DNA of 64,000 nt from an uncultured Acidimicrobiaceae bacterium (GTDB lineage Bacteria > Actinomycetota > Acidimicrobiia > Acidimicrobiales > RAAP-2), in contig CAVWNV010000007.1 of the NCBI GenBank assembly GCA_963756515.1, positions 27,108 to 91,107 on the forward strand, in the 5' to 3' direction. This document shows, one piece after another, positions 27,254 through 35,612 of this stretch; the stretch's first letter is position 1, and each line of letters opens with the position of its first letter. The translations under genes were made by a program, and so were the position numbers. The notes under the pieces were generated by a model that saw nothing but the letters and a program-made list of their open reading frames with translations, had not been told where the DNA came from and did not search any database.

Positions 27254-27882
27254 CCGGCACCGAGGTCGGCACGGCGGTGCTCACTGATCAGGGGTCGGGG
27301 CGTGGGCCGGGCCGACCGCGTGACGAGCGGGCCAGTTCGGCCATCACCGACGCCGCCCTGCGCCAGCTCCGGGCCAACGGATACGGGAACGTCACCATGG
27401 AGAGCGTCGCCGTCGAGGCGGGCGTGGCCCGGGCCACGATCTACCGGCGCTATCGCGACAAGGCTGATCTCGTGACTGCGGCCATTGCCGGCAACAGCAC
27501 GTTGCACCTGGCCGAGGGGCCTTCTGACGATCCGCGGCGCGACCTGGTCGTGTACCTCGAGAGTTTCGAACAGCGGTACGCCGAGGGGTGCCTCGAGGTG
27601 GTGGGGACACTGATCGGCATGCGGGAGGACCCACATGCGCTCGACCTCCACCGCCGGCGCGTGGTGGTCCCGCGCATGGACTACACCCGGTCCCTCCTCG
27701 ACCAGGCCCGCCAGCTCGGCCAACTCAGCGGGGATGTCGACCTCGATCTGGCCGTGCAGATGCTGCTCGGGTCGGTGTTCGCCCGGCGCGTGTCCGGTGT
27801 GGCCATGGCGCCGGGTTGGGCCGAACGGGCCGTCGATGCCATCTGGACGGGCATGGGGGCCCACGACAGCCGTATCCTGTGA
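27250..27882 (+). CDS. TetR family transcriptional regulator
   Basis: HTH 'ITDAALRQLRANGYGNVTMESVAVEAGVARATIYRRY'. The GTG start overlaps the MFS stop (GTGA, 27250-27253). Confidence 0.85.
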   Translation: MTGTEVGTAVLTDQGSGRGPGRPRDERASSAITDAALRQLRANGYGNVTMESVAVEAGVARATIYRRYRDKADLVTAAIAGNSTLHLAEGPSDDPRRDLVVYLESFEQRYAEGCLEVVGTLIGMREDPHALDLHRRRVVVPRMDYTRSLLDQARQLGQLSGDVDLDLAVQMLLGSVFARRVSGVAMAPGWAERAVDAIWTGMGAHDSRIL

Positions 27883-27936
27883 CCCGTTGCCTCCCCGGTG
27901 TCACGCCGGTGTGTCGATCGATGACAGGGAGATCCC

Positions 27937-28896
27937 ATGACCTCACGACTGGCCACTGATGACGAGGTCGACACGTGGCGCGATCAGGGGTGGGTGCTGC
28001 TCGACGGCCTGATCGGCACCGACGAGATCGACGGCGCCTCGGACGATCTGCACCGGATGTTCCCGACGCCCGAGGAGTATCACGCCGATCCCGAGGGGGT
28101 CACCCACCGTTGGAGGGGACCGACCTCTGATCCGAGCGAGGAGTTCGAGTGGCCCGACGAGGGTCCCGGGTTCAGGGGCGCACAGCACCGGTGGAAGGGA
28201 TCGTTCCCCTTCCCGGGATCGGGGGTCCTCAACCGGCTGTGCGTACACCCCTCCATCGTGGACTTCGCCGAACGGGCCCTCGACAGCACCGATATCCGGC
28301 TCTACGAGGCTCACGCCGATGCCAAGTACTCGGGAATCACCAACTACGAGCAGCCGATGCATGTCGACCGGAACCACTCGTGGCTACCTCCCATCGGCGA
28401 GGCACCCTGGTGGAACCTGCAGGGCTTCCTGTACCTCTCCGACGTGGCCGGTGTCGACAACGCCACCCGGGTGGTCTCGGTCCGCGACTCGGCCCACGTC
28501 CGGTCGTGGATGCCGGTGGTCATGCCCGACAAGGACGAATCGCTCTACGGGGCGGAGCAGCGTGCCACCGGCGTCCGGGGGTCATACCTGGCCTACCGGT
28601 CGAATGTCTTCCACCGTGGTGCCCCCTTCACGGGCGAGGAGCGGGCCCGTTACCTGGTGGCGCTGGCCTTCCGGCGTGCCGGTCAGGATTGGATCGGTTA
28701 CGACCAGGCCCAGTCACGGTCGACTGCGCCGGAGTGGACGACCTTCGCCGAGGGCTCGACCCCCCGTCAGCTCGAGCTGTTCGGCTTCCCACCTCCGGGC
28801 CACCCCGTCTGGAGTGAGGCACTGCTCAAGGAGACCGCCGTCCGCTATCCGAAGCTCGACCTCGAACCCTGGCGCCGCGCCCTGACCGGGCCCTGA
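27937..28896 (+). CDS. PhyH-like Fe(II)/2-oxoglutarate dioxygenase (tentative)
   Basis: 319-aa ORF with an H-x-D candidate 'PMHVDRNH' and a distal 'VFHRGAP'. GGGAG lies before the ATG. Confidence 0.6.
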   Translation: MTSRLATDDEVDTWRDQGWVLLDGLIGTDEIDGASDDLHRMFPTPEEYHADPEGVTHRWRGPTSDPSEEFEWPDEGPGFRGAQHRWKGSFPFPGSGVLNRLCVHPSIVDFAERALDSTDIRLYEAHADAKYSGITNYEQPMHVDRNHSWLPPIGEAPWWNLQGFLYLSDVAGVDNATRVVSVRDSAHVRSWMPVVMPDKDESLYGAEQRATGVRGSYLAYRSNVFHRGAPFTGEERARYLVALAFRRAGQDWIGYDQAQSRSTAPEWTTFAEGSTPRQLELFGFPPPGHPVWSEALLKETAVRYPKLDLEPWRRALTGP

Positions 28897-28903
28897 AGCG
28901 GTC

Positions 28904-29350
28904 TCAGCCCTCGACGGGGGCGCCGTGGACCGCCAACCACGGACCGAATGTCTTGCGCACCTCGGTTGGAGTCTCGTCGAACTCGAACACCGCTCGGCCC
29001 TCGGTGCGGAGGTGCGTGACCAGAAAGGCCTGGCGGTCTCTCTTCTCCACCGCCGGCAGGTTCACGGCGTCCAGCTCCTCGACGGCCAACCACGACACCG
29101 AAGACCAGGGGATCGAGAAGTGGGCCCGGGATCGGAACATCTCGATTCCGTGGTCGTTGACGTTGACGATGCCGGTGAACCCGTCGGGTCGTTCCGGGTA
29201 TCCGCCCAAGTAGGTTGCCGACAGCGCCGCTACTACCATTCCTGCCCCCAGTCCCGTGGCCGCCCTCCACCGGGTCACTCCATTCCGACGATCACGAATT
29301 GTAGCGACTGCGGGCAGCCCGGCCCGTCTGACGGCGGGAATCATCGTCAC
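28904..29350 (-). CDS. hypothetical membrane-anchored protein
   Basis: 148-aa ORF with one hydrophobic segment 'GLGAGMVVAALSATYLGG', then a soluble domain. No recognisable motif. Confidence 0.5.
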   Translation of the reverse strand: MTMIPAVRRAGLPAVATIRDRRNGVTRWRAATGLGAGMVVAALSATYLGGYPERPDGFTGIVNVNDHGIEMFRSRAHFSIPWSSVSWLAVEELDAVNLPAVEKRDRQAFLVTHLRTEGRAVFEFDETPTEVRKTFGPWLAVHGAPVEG

Positions 29351-29365
29351 TAGGCGTCGGCGCCT

Positions 29366-29917
29366 TCACGCACCGTGGCCGACATTGCGGTGATGCGCTC
29401 CCACCAATGTGATGGCGATCACGGCAGGGACGTCTCCGGTGTTCGACCATCGGTGACGGGTCCCGTTCTGGATGTAGCTGTCGCCGGTGCGGAGCGTGAC
29501 CTTGGCCCCGTCGTCGAGTTCGAGGATGGCCTCGCCCGAGATCACGACGCCGTAGTCCACGGTGGCGGTGGTGTGCATGCCCGGATCGTCCAACTCGAGG
29601 AACTCGCCCATGCCCGGCAGCTTCTCCTCGAACTCGGCCAGCGCGGCGGCGATATCGAGGTCGGCCGGTACCCCGGCGCCGCCGTCGGGGGGAATCGTGA
29701 AGAATCCGAATCGGAACCCTCCGACGGGGGGGAAGTACGGCCCGAACTCCGGCTTCGAGCCGTCATCGGGAAACGTGACGATCGATTCGGATCCCCACAG
29801 TCGGTGGAACTCCATACCGGGCACGAGGGCCAGCACCACCGGTGCCACCGCCTCGTCGCTCACGAACACGGCCTTCCCGTCGGCGTCGTGGCCGGTGGCA
29901 ACTCGTCGTATCTCCAT
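29366..29917 (-). CDS. cupin domain protein
   Basis: 183-aa ORF. The C-terminal 'GMHTTATVDYGVVISGEAILELDDGAKVTLRTGDSYIQNGTRHRWSN' is a cupin beta-barrel motif. AGGAGA lies upstream. Confidence 0.8.
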   Translation of the reverse strand: MEIRRVATGHDADGKAVFVSDEAVAPVVLALVPGMEFHRLWGSESIVTFPDDGSKPEFGPYFPPVGGFRFGFFTIPPDGGAGVPADLDIAAALAEFEEKLPGMGEFLELDDPGMHTTATVDYGVVISGEAILELDDGAKVTLRTGDSYIQNGTRHRWSNTGDVPAVIAITLVGAHHRNVGHGA

Positions 29918-30086
29918 GTTCGCTCTCCTGACTCGGAGCGGCGTGCCGTCGAGCGCCCCGCCCGGTGTGTTCGGTCTGCGCCCAAGGTAGGCCGCCCGGG
30001 GCTACGGCGCTCGGGCCCGCTCCGGAGGGTGCCGGGGTGCCCGTAGCCGAGGCCGCAGGCCGACGGACCGGTGCCAGACTGCCGGC

Positions 30087-31658
30087 ATGAAGTTCGATGG
30101 CCTGGTCGGCCCGAGGTCGCCCCGGGGCCGCGCCCGGCACCAGGCCCCGCCCGGCACCTTGGCCGCACTGGCGTTGGTGGCGGTCCTTCTGGCCGGTTGC
30201 GCCGGTACTGAGGGGGCCCAGGTGCGTCCCACCACCACCGTCAGCCCTTCGGTACGGCTGACCCCCACGACCACCTCCACCACCGAGCCGCCGTTGCCGG
30301 TCACCCCCGTCGCGTGGACGGGCTGCGGGTCCCTGCAGTGCGGCTCGGTGACCGTACCGCTCGACTACCGGAGGCCCGGCGGGCCCACCATCCAGATCGC
30401 CGTGGCCCGGCATCCGGCCGAGGTGCCGTCGGAGCGGATCGGTTCCGTCGTGATCAACCCGGGAGGACCGGGGACCTCGGGTATCGACGATCTGCCCAAC
30501 GAGCTGTCCGTGCTCGCGCCGGAACTGCTCGACCGCTTCGACATCGTGTCCTTCGATCCCCGTGGGGTCGGGCGGAGCAGCCCGGTCCTGTGCACGGGGG
30601 GTGGAGGGAGCGGGTCCTCGGGTCCGGGCATCGATCCGGTCCCGACCACTCCGGCGGCCCAGCAGGCGCTCCTTCGCAACGACCAGGAGTTCGCGGCCCA
30701 GTGCCAGCAGTACAGCGGAGCCATCCTTCCCTACGTGGGGACCGTCGATTCGGCCCGCGACCTGGACCGGATCCGGGCCGCCTTGGGCGACGCCCAGCTG
30801 ACCTTCGTCGGCCACTCCTACGGCACGTTGCTCGGGGCCACGTACGCCCAGATGTTCCCGACCCACGTCCGGGCCATGGTGCTGGACGGAGCCATCGACC
30901 CGTCCCTGACCACCGTCCAGTACGCCACGGACCAGGCCGACAGCCTCGAGTCGGAACTGCAGTCGTTCTTCAGCTGGTGCGCCACCGACGCGGGCTGCCC
31001 GTGGCGCCCGTCCGGCGATCCGACCACAGCCGTACTGGATCTCGTCCAACACAGCCGGTCGGTGCCGCTGTCGGCGCCCGGAGGAGGTACGGCGGGCCCC
31101 GCCGAGCTCTATGACGCGCTGTTGGCCGGGCTGGAGTCCCAGTCCTCATGGCCCACCCTGGCCGCCGCGCTGGCCCAGGCGGAACTGGGGAGTGGTGCCC
31201 AGGTGACGTCGATGTCCGGACGCTACGAGACCGGAGGGTCGACCAACGGGGCCGAGGCCGAACAGGCCATCGACTGCCTCGACCACCCGGTCAGCCGGAA
31301 TCCGTCGGGCTACACCGCACTGGCGGCCGCGGCTGGTGCCAGCGCGCCGGTGTTCGGTCCGCTGCTGACCTGGGGGCTACTGGGATGTGCGACGTGGCCC
31401 GTCCTCCCGACTCGGACACCGGCACCGGCCACGGACCCCGGGGCCCCGCCGATCCTGGTCGTCGGAACCACCGGTGACCCGGTCACGCCCTACGCGTGGG
31501 CTGTCGCCCTCTCGCACCAGCTGACCGGTGGGGTCCTCCTGACCTGGCGGGGGATGAGCCACGTGGCCACGTTCTACAGCCCGTGCGTACGGGCCGCCAT
31601 CGAGGCGTACCTGGTGGCCGGCACGCTGCCCGCCGTCGGGGCTGTCTGCTCCGACTGA
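30087..31658 (+). CDS. secreted lipoprotein, alpha/beta-hydrolase (tripeptidyl aminopeptidase/TAP-like)
   Basis: Lipobox 'VLLAGC', a Thr/Pro linker, the nucleophile elbow 'GHSYGT', and a TAP-like C-terminal 'GDPVTPYAWA'. Confidence 0.9.
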   Translation: MKFDGLVGPRSPRGRARHQAPPGTLAALALVAVLLAGCAGTEGAQVRPTTTVSPSVRLTPTTTSTTEPPLPVTPVAWTGCGSLQCGSVTVPLDYRRPGGPTIQIAVARHPAEVPSERIGSVVINPGGPGTSGIDDLPNELSVLAPELLDRFDIVSFDPRGVGRSSPVLCTGGGGSGSSGPGIDPVPTTPAAQQALLRNDQEFAAQCQQYSGAILPYVGTVDSARDLDRIRAALGDAQLTFVGHSYGTLLGATYAQMFPTHVRAMVLDGAIDPSLTTVQYATDQADSLESELQSFFSWCATDAGCPWRPSGDPTTAVLDLVQHSRSVPLSAPGGGTAGPAELYDALLAGLESQSSWPTLAAALAQAELGSGAQVTSMSGRYETGGSTNGAEAEQAIDCLDHPVSRNPSGYTALAAAAGASAPVFGPLLTWGLLGCATWPVLPTRTPAPATDPGAPPILVVGTTGDPVTPYAWAVALSHQLTGGVLLTWRGMSHVATFYSPCVRAAIEAYLVAGTLPAVGAVCSD

Positions 31659-31779
31659 TGACCCCGCGCCTTCGGCCCGGGACCAACCGGCCGGACGGGT
31701 GGTCGGCCGCACCCTCCGACCCTGCTCGTCGCCACGGGAGGCCGGCTGCGACGGGCCGGCTGGGACGACAGGTCGCCGG

Positions 31780-32016
31780 CTACGACAGCGTGCGAATGAT
31801 CCGGCGGGCCTGCAGTTCGGCCAGCGTCTCCCGCAGACGGAGGTTCTCGCCCTCGGCGGCCCGGAGCGCTTCGGCGTGCTCAGCGCTCCGCTGCCACCAG
31901 TAGTCCTTCTGCATGGCCAGGAACGACACCTTGGCCCGGAGTTGTGCCATCTCCGATTCGGTGTCGTCGCCTTCTTCCCAGTCGGCCCGGTGCGCCGTCT
32001 CGTCGATGATCGTCAT
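31780..32016 (-). CDS. hypothetical small coiled-coil protein
   Basis: 78 aa from 'MTIIDETAHRADWEEGDDTESEMAQLRAKV...LRLRETLAELQARRI', acidic then heptad-like. Start chosen at residue 34 of the 111-aa ORF. Confidence 0.4.
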   Translation of the reverse strand: MTIIDETAHRADWEEGDDTESEMAQLRAKVSFLAMQKDYWWQRSAEHAEALRAAEGENLRLRETLAELQARRIIRTLS

Positions 32017-32222
32017 GGGGGACGTATCGGCACCTTGTGCGGTGAGATTGAGGCCGAAGCCCGGCCTGGGCCCCGAACGCTCGCCATCCAGCCCCTCAGG
32101 GTCGGGTTTGGGCACCGGACAATCCTAACGAGGGGCTGCTCCGTACACGCGGCAAGCGCCTACGGGACGGTGTGGACAGCTCTTGACCCACAGGCACCAC
32201 GGTCCGGTGGGACGGTCGTGAG

Positions 32223-33578
32223 CTAGTCGAGGGTGGCGAGTTCGGTGTTCAGGTACATCTCGATCCGCTGGTGGATCAGGGCGTGGTCGTCGACCAACGG
32301 ATCGTGCCGACGCCCGAGGTGGTGGATGCGCCGAACCCGCTCCGGCCCGGCCTGTTCCATCGAGTGCTCCAACAGGGTCATGGACGCCTGACGGAGCAAC
32401 CTGCCGATGAGCCGGTCGTTCTTCCGCTTCGCCTCGCACGCCTCGGTGATCTCGGCAATGGCCCGGTCCATCTCGTCCGAGTGGTCGTCGCCCATCTCGA
32501 AGTGGTCCACCAGATCCCCCAGTACCGGGGTCGGGCGGGTGTGGGTGGCCTCGATGCAGTTCAACAGGGGGCTCACGTCGCCCGCTGACATCGGGTCGTA
32601 GGTCCCGGGGTAGGCGTCGGCTTCGTAGCCGGCGGGATAGCCGGTGAACACGATCGGGGACCGCGAGTCTGGACTGTCGGCCAGATAGTCGAGCGTCAGG
32701 TCGAGAAGATTGATCGGTGGCCAACCCAGATCCCGCAGCGCCACGATTTTCGGGTGGTCCCGCTCCGCCACGATGCCACCCGTCATGAGGAGCTGGTAGC
32801 ACTCCAACGCCGACTGCACCGGCAGCTGCACGAGTGGGGAGTGCAGCAGGATCGGCTCGTCGTTGGCGACCCACTTGACGATCCGCTGCCCCACGATGCT
32901 GTTGTTCACGACGTGGGTGAAGCGGGCGCAGGAGACGCTCATGTCGAACCGTGTGGCCGCCATGGCCGACTGGTACTCGACCAACTTCTTGGTGGCGGCG
33001 TAGGTGTCACCGGTGAAGAGCCGCACGGCCTTGCCCGTGCTGGCCATGATCACCGTGCCGACGCCCGCCTCACCCGCTGTCTCCAGGATGACCTGCGATC
33101 CCAGCACGTTGGTGGAAACGGTCTCGGTGACCCGCCGCTCGGCCAGCGCCGGGTTGCGCTGCGCGGCCAGGTGGATGATGAGATCGGGCCGGAAGTCGTC
33201 GATGATCTCCGCCATCTGGCGGCGATTGCGCACATCCCCGTGCATGTACGTGACCTGGTCGACGCGGCGCTCCGGAATCGGGCGGTGGCGAGCCACCGAC
33301 ACGAAGCGGGCTCCGGGCAGATCGTTGACGAGATTGCTGAGCACGACGTGCCCCACACACCCGGTGCCGCCGGTGACGAGCACCCGCTCCCAGTCGGGAA
33401 GGAGGTGGCCGCCGTAGCCCGTGATCCCGCGCAGCCGGGTGCCCTCGAAGCGGTTCTTCTCCATTTGGGGATTGTCCCGGTAGTCGACCAGCTGACGGGT
33501 CAACTCCCGCAACTGATCGAGGTCGGGCTCGGGACAGAGGCCGAAGATCTGCTCGACGAGGTCTGCTTTCGAGGTCAT
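32223..33578 (-). CDS. CapD/Polysacc_synt_2-like extended SDR (NAD-dependent epimerase/dehydratase)
   Basis: Rossmann 'VLVTGGTGCVGHVV', 'STGKAV' and 'YAATKK' motifs, plus about 75-aa N-terminal and about 150-aa C-terminal extensions. Start at ATG 33578 (residue 61 of the ORF). Confidence 0.8.
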   Translation of the reverse strand: MTSKADLVEQIFGLCPEPDLDQLRELTRQLVDYRDNPQMEKNRFEGTRLRGITGYGGHLLPDWERVLVTGGTGCVGHVVLSNLVNDLPGARFVSVARHRPIPERRVDQVTYMHGDVRNRRQMAEIIDDFRPDLIIHLAAQRNPALAERRVTETVSTNVLGSQVILETAGEAGVGTVIMASTGKAVRLFTGDTYAATKKLVEYQSAMAATRFDMSVSCARFTHVVNNSIVGQRIVKWVANDEPILLHSPLVQLPVQSALECYQLLMTGGIVAERDHPKIVALRDLGWPPINLLDLTLDYLADSPDSRSPIVFTGYPAGYEADAYPGTYDPMSAGDVSPLLNCIEATHTRPTPVLGDLVDHFEMGDDHSDEMDRAIAEITEACEAKRKNDRLIGRLLRQASMTLLEHSMEQAGPERVRRIHHLGRRHDPLVDDHALIHQRIEMYLNTELATLD

Positions 33579-33885
33579 TCCCACCCGCCATACACGGCGC
33601 TGCCCACGCTGGTTCCCTCCACCTCCGTAGAAGAACATCGCCTGTGCCCGACCGCGCCGCCCAGAGCTCCAAATCCCGAGTCGCCGTCCCGGAAATCGTG
33701 CCACTCGCCCACTCGACGCCCGCCCACGATCCGCTTCATCAGCCCTGCCTCCTCTCACTGCACCACGGATGCTCCATCTCCGTTTAGTCGCCAGAAAGAG
33801 AGGTCTGCAACTACCCTCGCCAAGCTTTCACCGATTAGCCACGGAGAGTGCCGTCAGGGTCGACAGGGAGCGACAAAAGAGCATC

Positions 33886-33907
33886 AATTGCCGGGTGAGC
33901 GGCAATT
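33886..33907. other. perfect hairpin/palindrome AATTGCCG-N6-CGGCAATT
   Basis: Read directly. Lies in the AT-richer part of the 650-bp non-coding gap. On the minus strand it is followed after 5 nt by CTCTTTTG, so a terminator is possible. Confidence 0.3.
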
Positions 33908-34228
33908 TTCGACCTTCGTCCCGAGCGGCCCCGGGGTGCCGCCGATCGCCGCTCCTCGGGGTGTCGGAACGTCGTCGCGCCGTCGCGTCCGGCGAGGCTC
34001 CCGGCGACCCTCCGACGGCCTTCCCCTTGTCGTCCCGACGCGGCCGCGACGGTCCCGCCGCCACGGTCGAGTACCTCTCGGACCTTCCGGCCGGGCGGCC
34101 GGCGCCGTGGATAGGGTGCCGAGTCGCAACGGCTTCAGCGACGGCCGGGTACCCGGGTTGCTCGGGCCAGGTCCTCGCCCACGCGTTGCCGGCGTGCCAC
34201 GACGAGGTGGATCGATCTGTCCGCCGCG

Positions 34229-35497
34229 TCAGACCCCGCCGCCGTCCTTCACCGTCCGGGCCGGCGCTGTCGGGGCCGGCGCTGTCGGGGGGGTTGGCGC
34301 TGACGGGGTCCGCCAGTCGGAACGCGCCGGAAGCGGGTGCCGGAACAGTGCGGCGGCGTTGCCCGCCGTCACCAGTTGACGTTGTTCGGTAGGGAGGGGC
34401 CCGAAGACGGCCCGGACCACGTGCTGGGTGTCGGGCCACGTGGAGTCGGCGTGCGGATAGTCGCTCTCGACCATCACGTGGCGCAGTCCGATCCGGTCGA
34501 GCAGGGGCACCATCGACGGATCGTCGATGGTGCAGAACCAGAAGTTCCGACCGAGGACCTCGCTCGGACGCAGGTCCGACTGCCACCCCGAACTCTCGGA
34601 TCCCGACCCCGAGTGATCGAGGACGTAGTCGACCCGGTCCATCAGCATGGGCACCCAGCCCATTCCCCCTTCCGACAGCGCCACCTTCAGATGGGGGAAG
34701 CGAACGGCCACGCCCGACCACAACCACTCGCCTGCGGCCAGCAGCGCATTGACCGGAAAGACCGTCGGGAGCAGTTCGAAGGGCGGGTCGGGGGAAGGCA
34801 GGGGAGCCCAGGCCGACGCCCCGGTGTGGAGACAGACCACGGTGTCGGTCTCCTGGCAGGCGGCGAAGAAGGGATCCCAGTGGTCGGTGAAGATGGACGG
34901 ATAGCCCAGCTGTGCGGGGAACTCCGGAAAGCTGACGGCTCTGAACCCCCGTGCCGCGTTGGACCGGATCTCCCCGGCACCCAAGGCCACATCGTCGAGC
35001 CAGGGGAGCTGGAGCGGAATGATGCGATCGGGGTGGGTCCCGGCCCAGACCTCGCGGTGCCACCGGTTCCACGCCCGCATGCAGGCCAGCCCCAGCGCCT
35101 TGTCGTCGGCCCGCGAGAAGACCGAGCCGCAGAAACCGGCCACCAGCGAGGGGAAGCACAGGGAGGCCCAGATACCGGCCAGGTCCATGTCGGCGACCCG
35201 GGCGTCGATGTCGTAGCAGCCCGGTCGCATCTCCTCGAACCGGGCCGGCTCCATGCTCCACTCGGAGCGGGGGCGTCCGGCCACGGCGTTCAGGCCGATG
35301 TTCGGGTAGTCGTGGCCCTCGAACCGCCAGAACTGATTGCCCTGTTCGTCCTCGAGGACGCGGGGGGCCCGGTCGGCCAGGCCGTCCGGTACCCGTCCCT
35401 CGAAGAGATCGGGGGGCTCGATGAGGTGGTCGTCCACCGAGATCAGGGGGTCGAGGATCGGTCGCGGCGACGGGTCCGGCAGCAGAGTGCTCCCCAC
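34229..35497 (-). CDS. amidohydrolase-2 family metal-dependent hydrolase/decarboxylase
   Basis: 'LISVDDHLIEPPDLFEGRVP...' N-terminus (metal-binding D-H) and a C-terminal 'ESDYPHADSTWP'. GTG 35497 (residue 100 of the ORF). Confidence 0.85.
   Translation of the reverse strand: MGSTLLPDPSPRPILDPLISVDDHLIEPPDLFEGRVPDGLADRAPRVLEDEQGNQFWRFEGHDYPNIGLNAVAGRPRSEWSMEPARFEEMRPGCYDIDARVADMDLAGIWASLCFPSLVAGFCGSVFSRADDKALGLACMRAWNRWHREVWAGTHPDRIIPLQLPWLDDVALGAGEIRSNAARGFRAVSFPEFPAQLGYPSIFTDHWDPFFAACQETDTVVCLHTGASAWAPLPSPDPPFELLPTVFPVNALLAAGEWLWSGVAVRFPHLKVALSEGGMGWVPMLMDRVDYVLDHSGSGSESSGWQSDLRPSEVLGRNFWFCTIDDPSMVPLLDRIGLRHVMVESDYPHADSTWPDTQHVVRAVFGPLPTEQRQLVTAGNAAALFRHPLPARSDWRTPSAPTPPTAPAPTAPARTVKDGGGV
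34258..34287. repeat. perfect 15-bp tandem duplication (GGGCCGGCGCTGTCG x2)
   Basis: Read directly. Encodes the duplicated PTAPA in the Pro/Ala-rich C-terminal tail of the amidohydrolase. Confidence 0.7.
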
Positions 35498-35532
35498 AGC
35501 CCTGGAGAGTAGCGTCGTCGGCTGAGGGGGGT

Positions 35533-35544
35533 CCGAACGTTCGG
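35533..35544. promoter_or_regulatory. 12-bp perfect palindrome CCGAACGTTCGG in divergent promoter region
   Basis: Lies in the 115-bp spacer between the amidohydrolase (-) and D-aminoacylase (+) starts. Confidence 0.3.
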
Positions 35545-35612
35545 GGGAGGCCCATGGTGGCGACAGAGGCGCCGGCGGTATCGGCCGCCCGGCAGTACGA
35601 CGGGGATCGGCC

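Noticed and set aside
33769-34392. 207-aa plus-strand ORF filling the 650-bp gap.
   Set aside because: The translation is Arg/Pro/Ser/Gly-rich and disorder-like with no motif. It runs into and overlaps the 3' end of the convergent amidohydrolase, and no ribosome-binding site was seen. Its GC3 is not distinguishable from non-coding DNA here.
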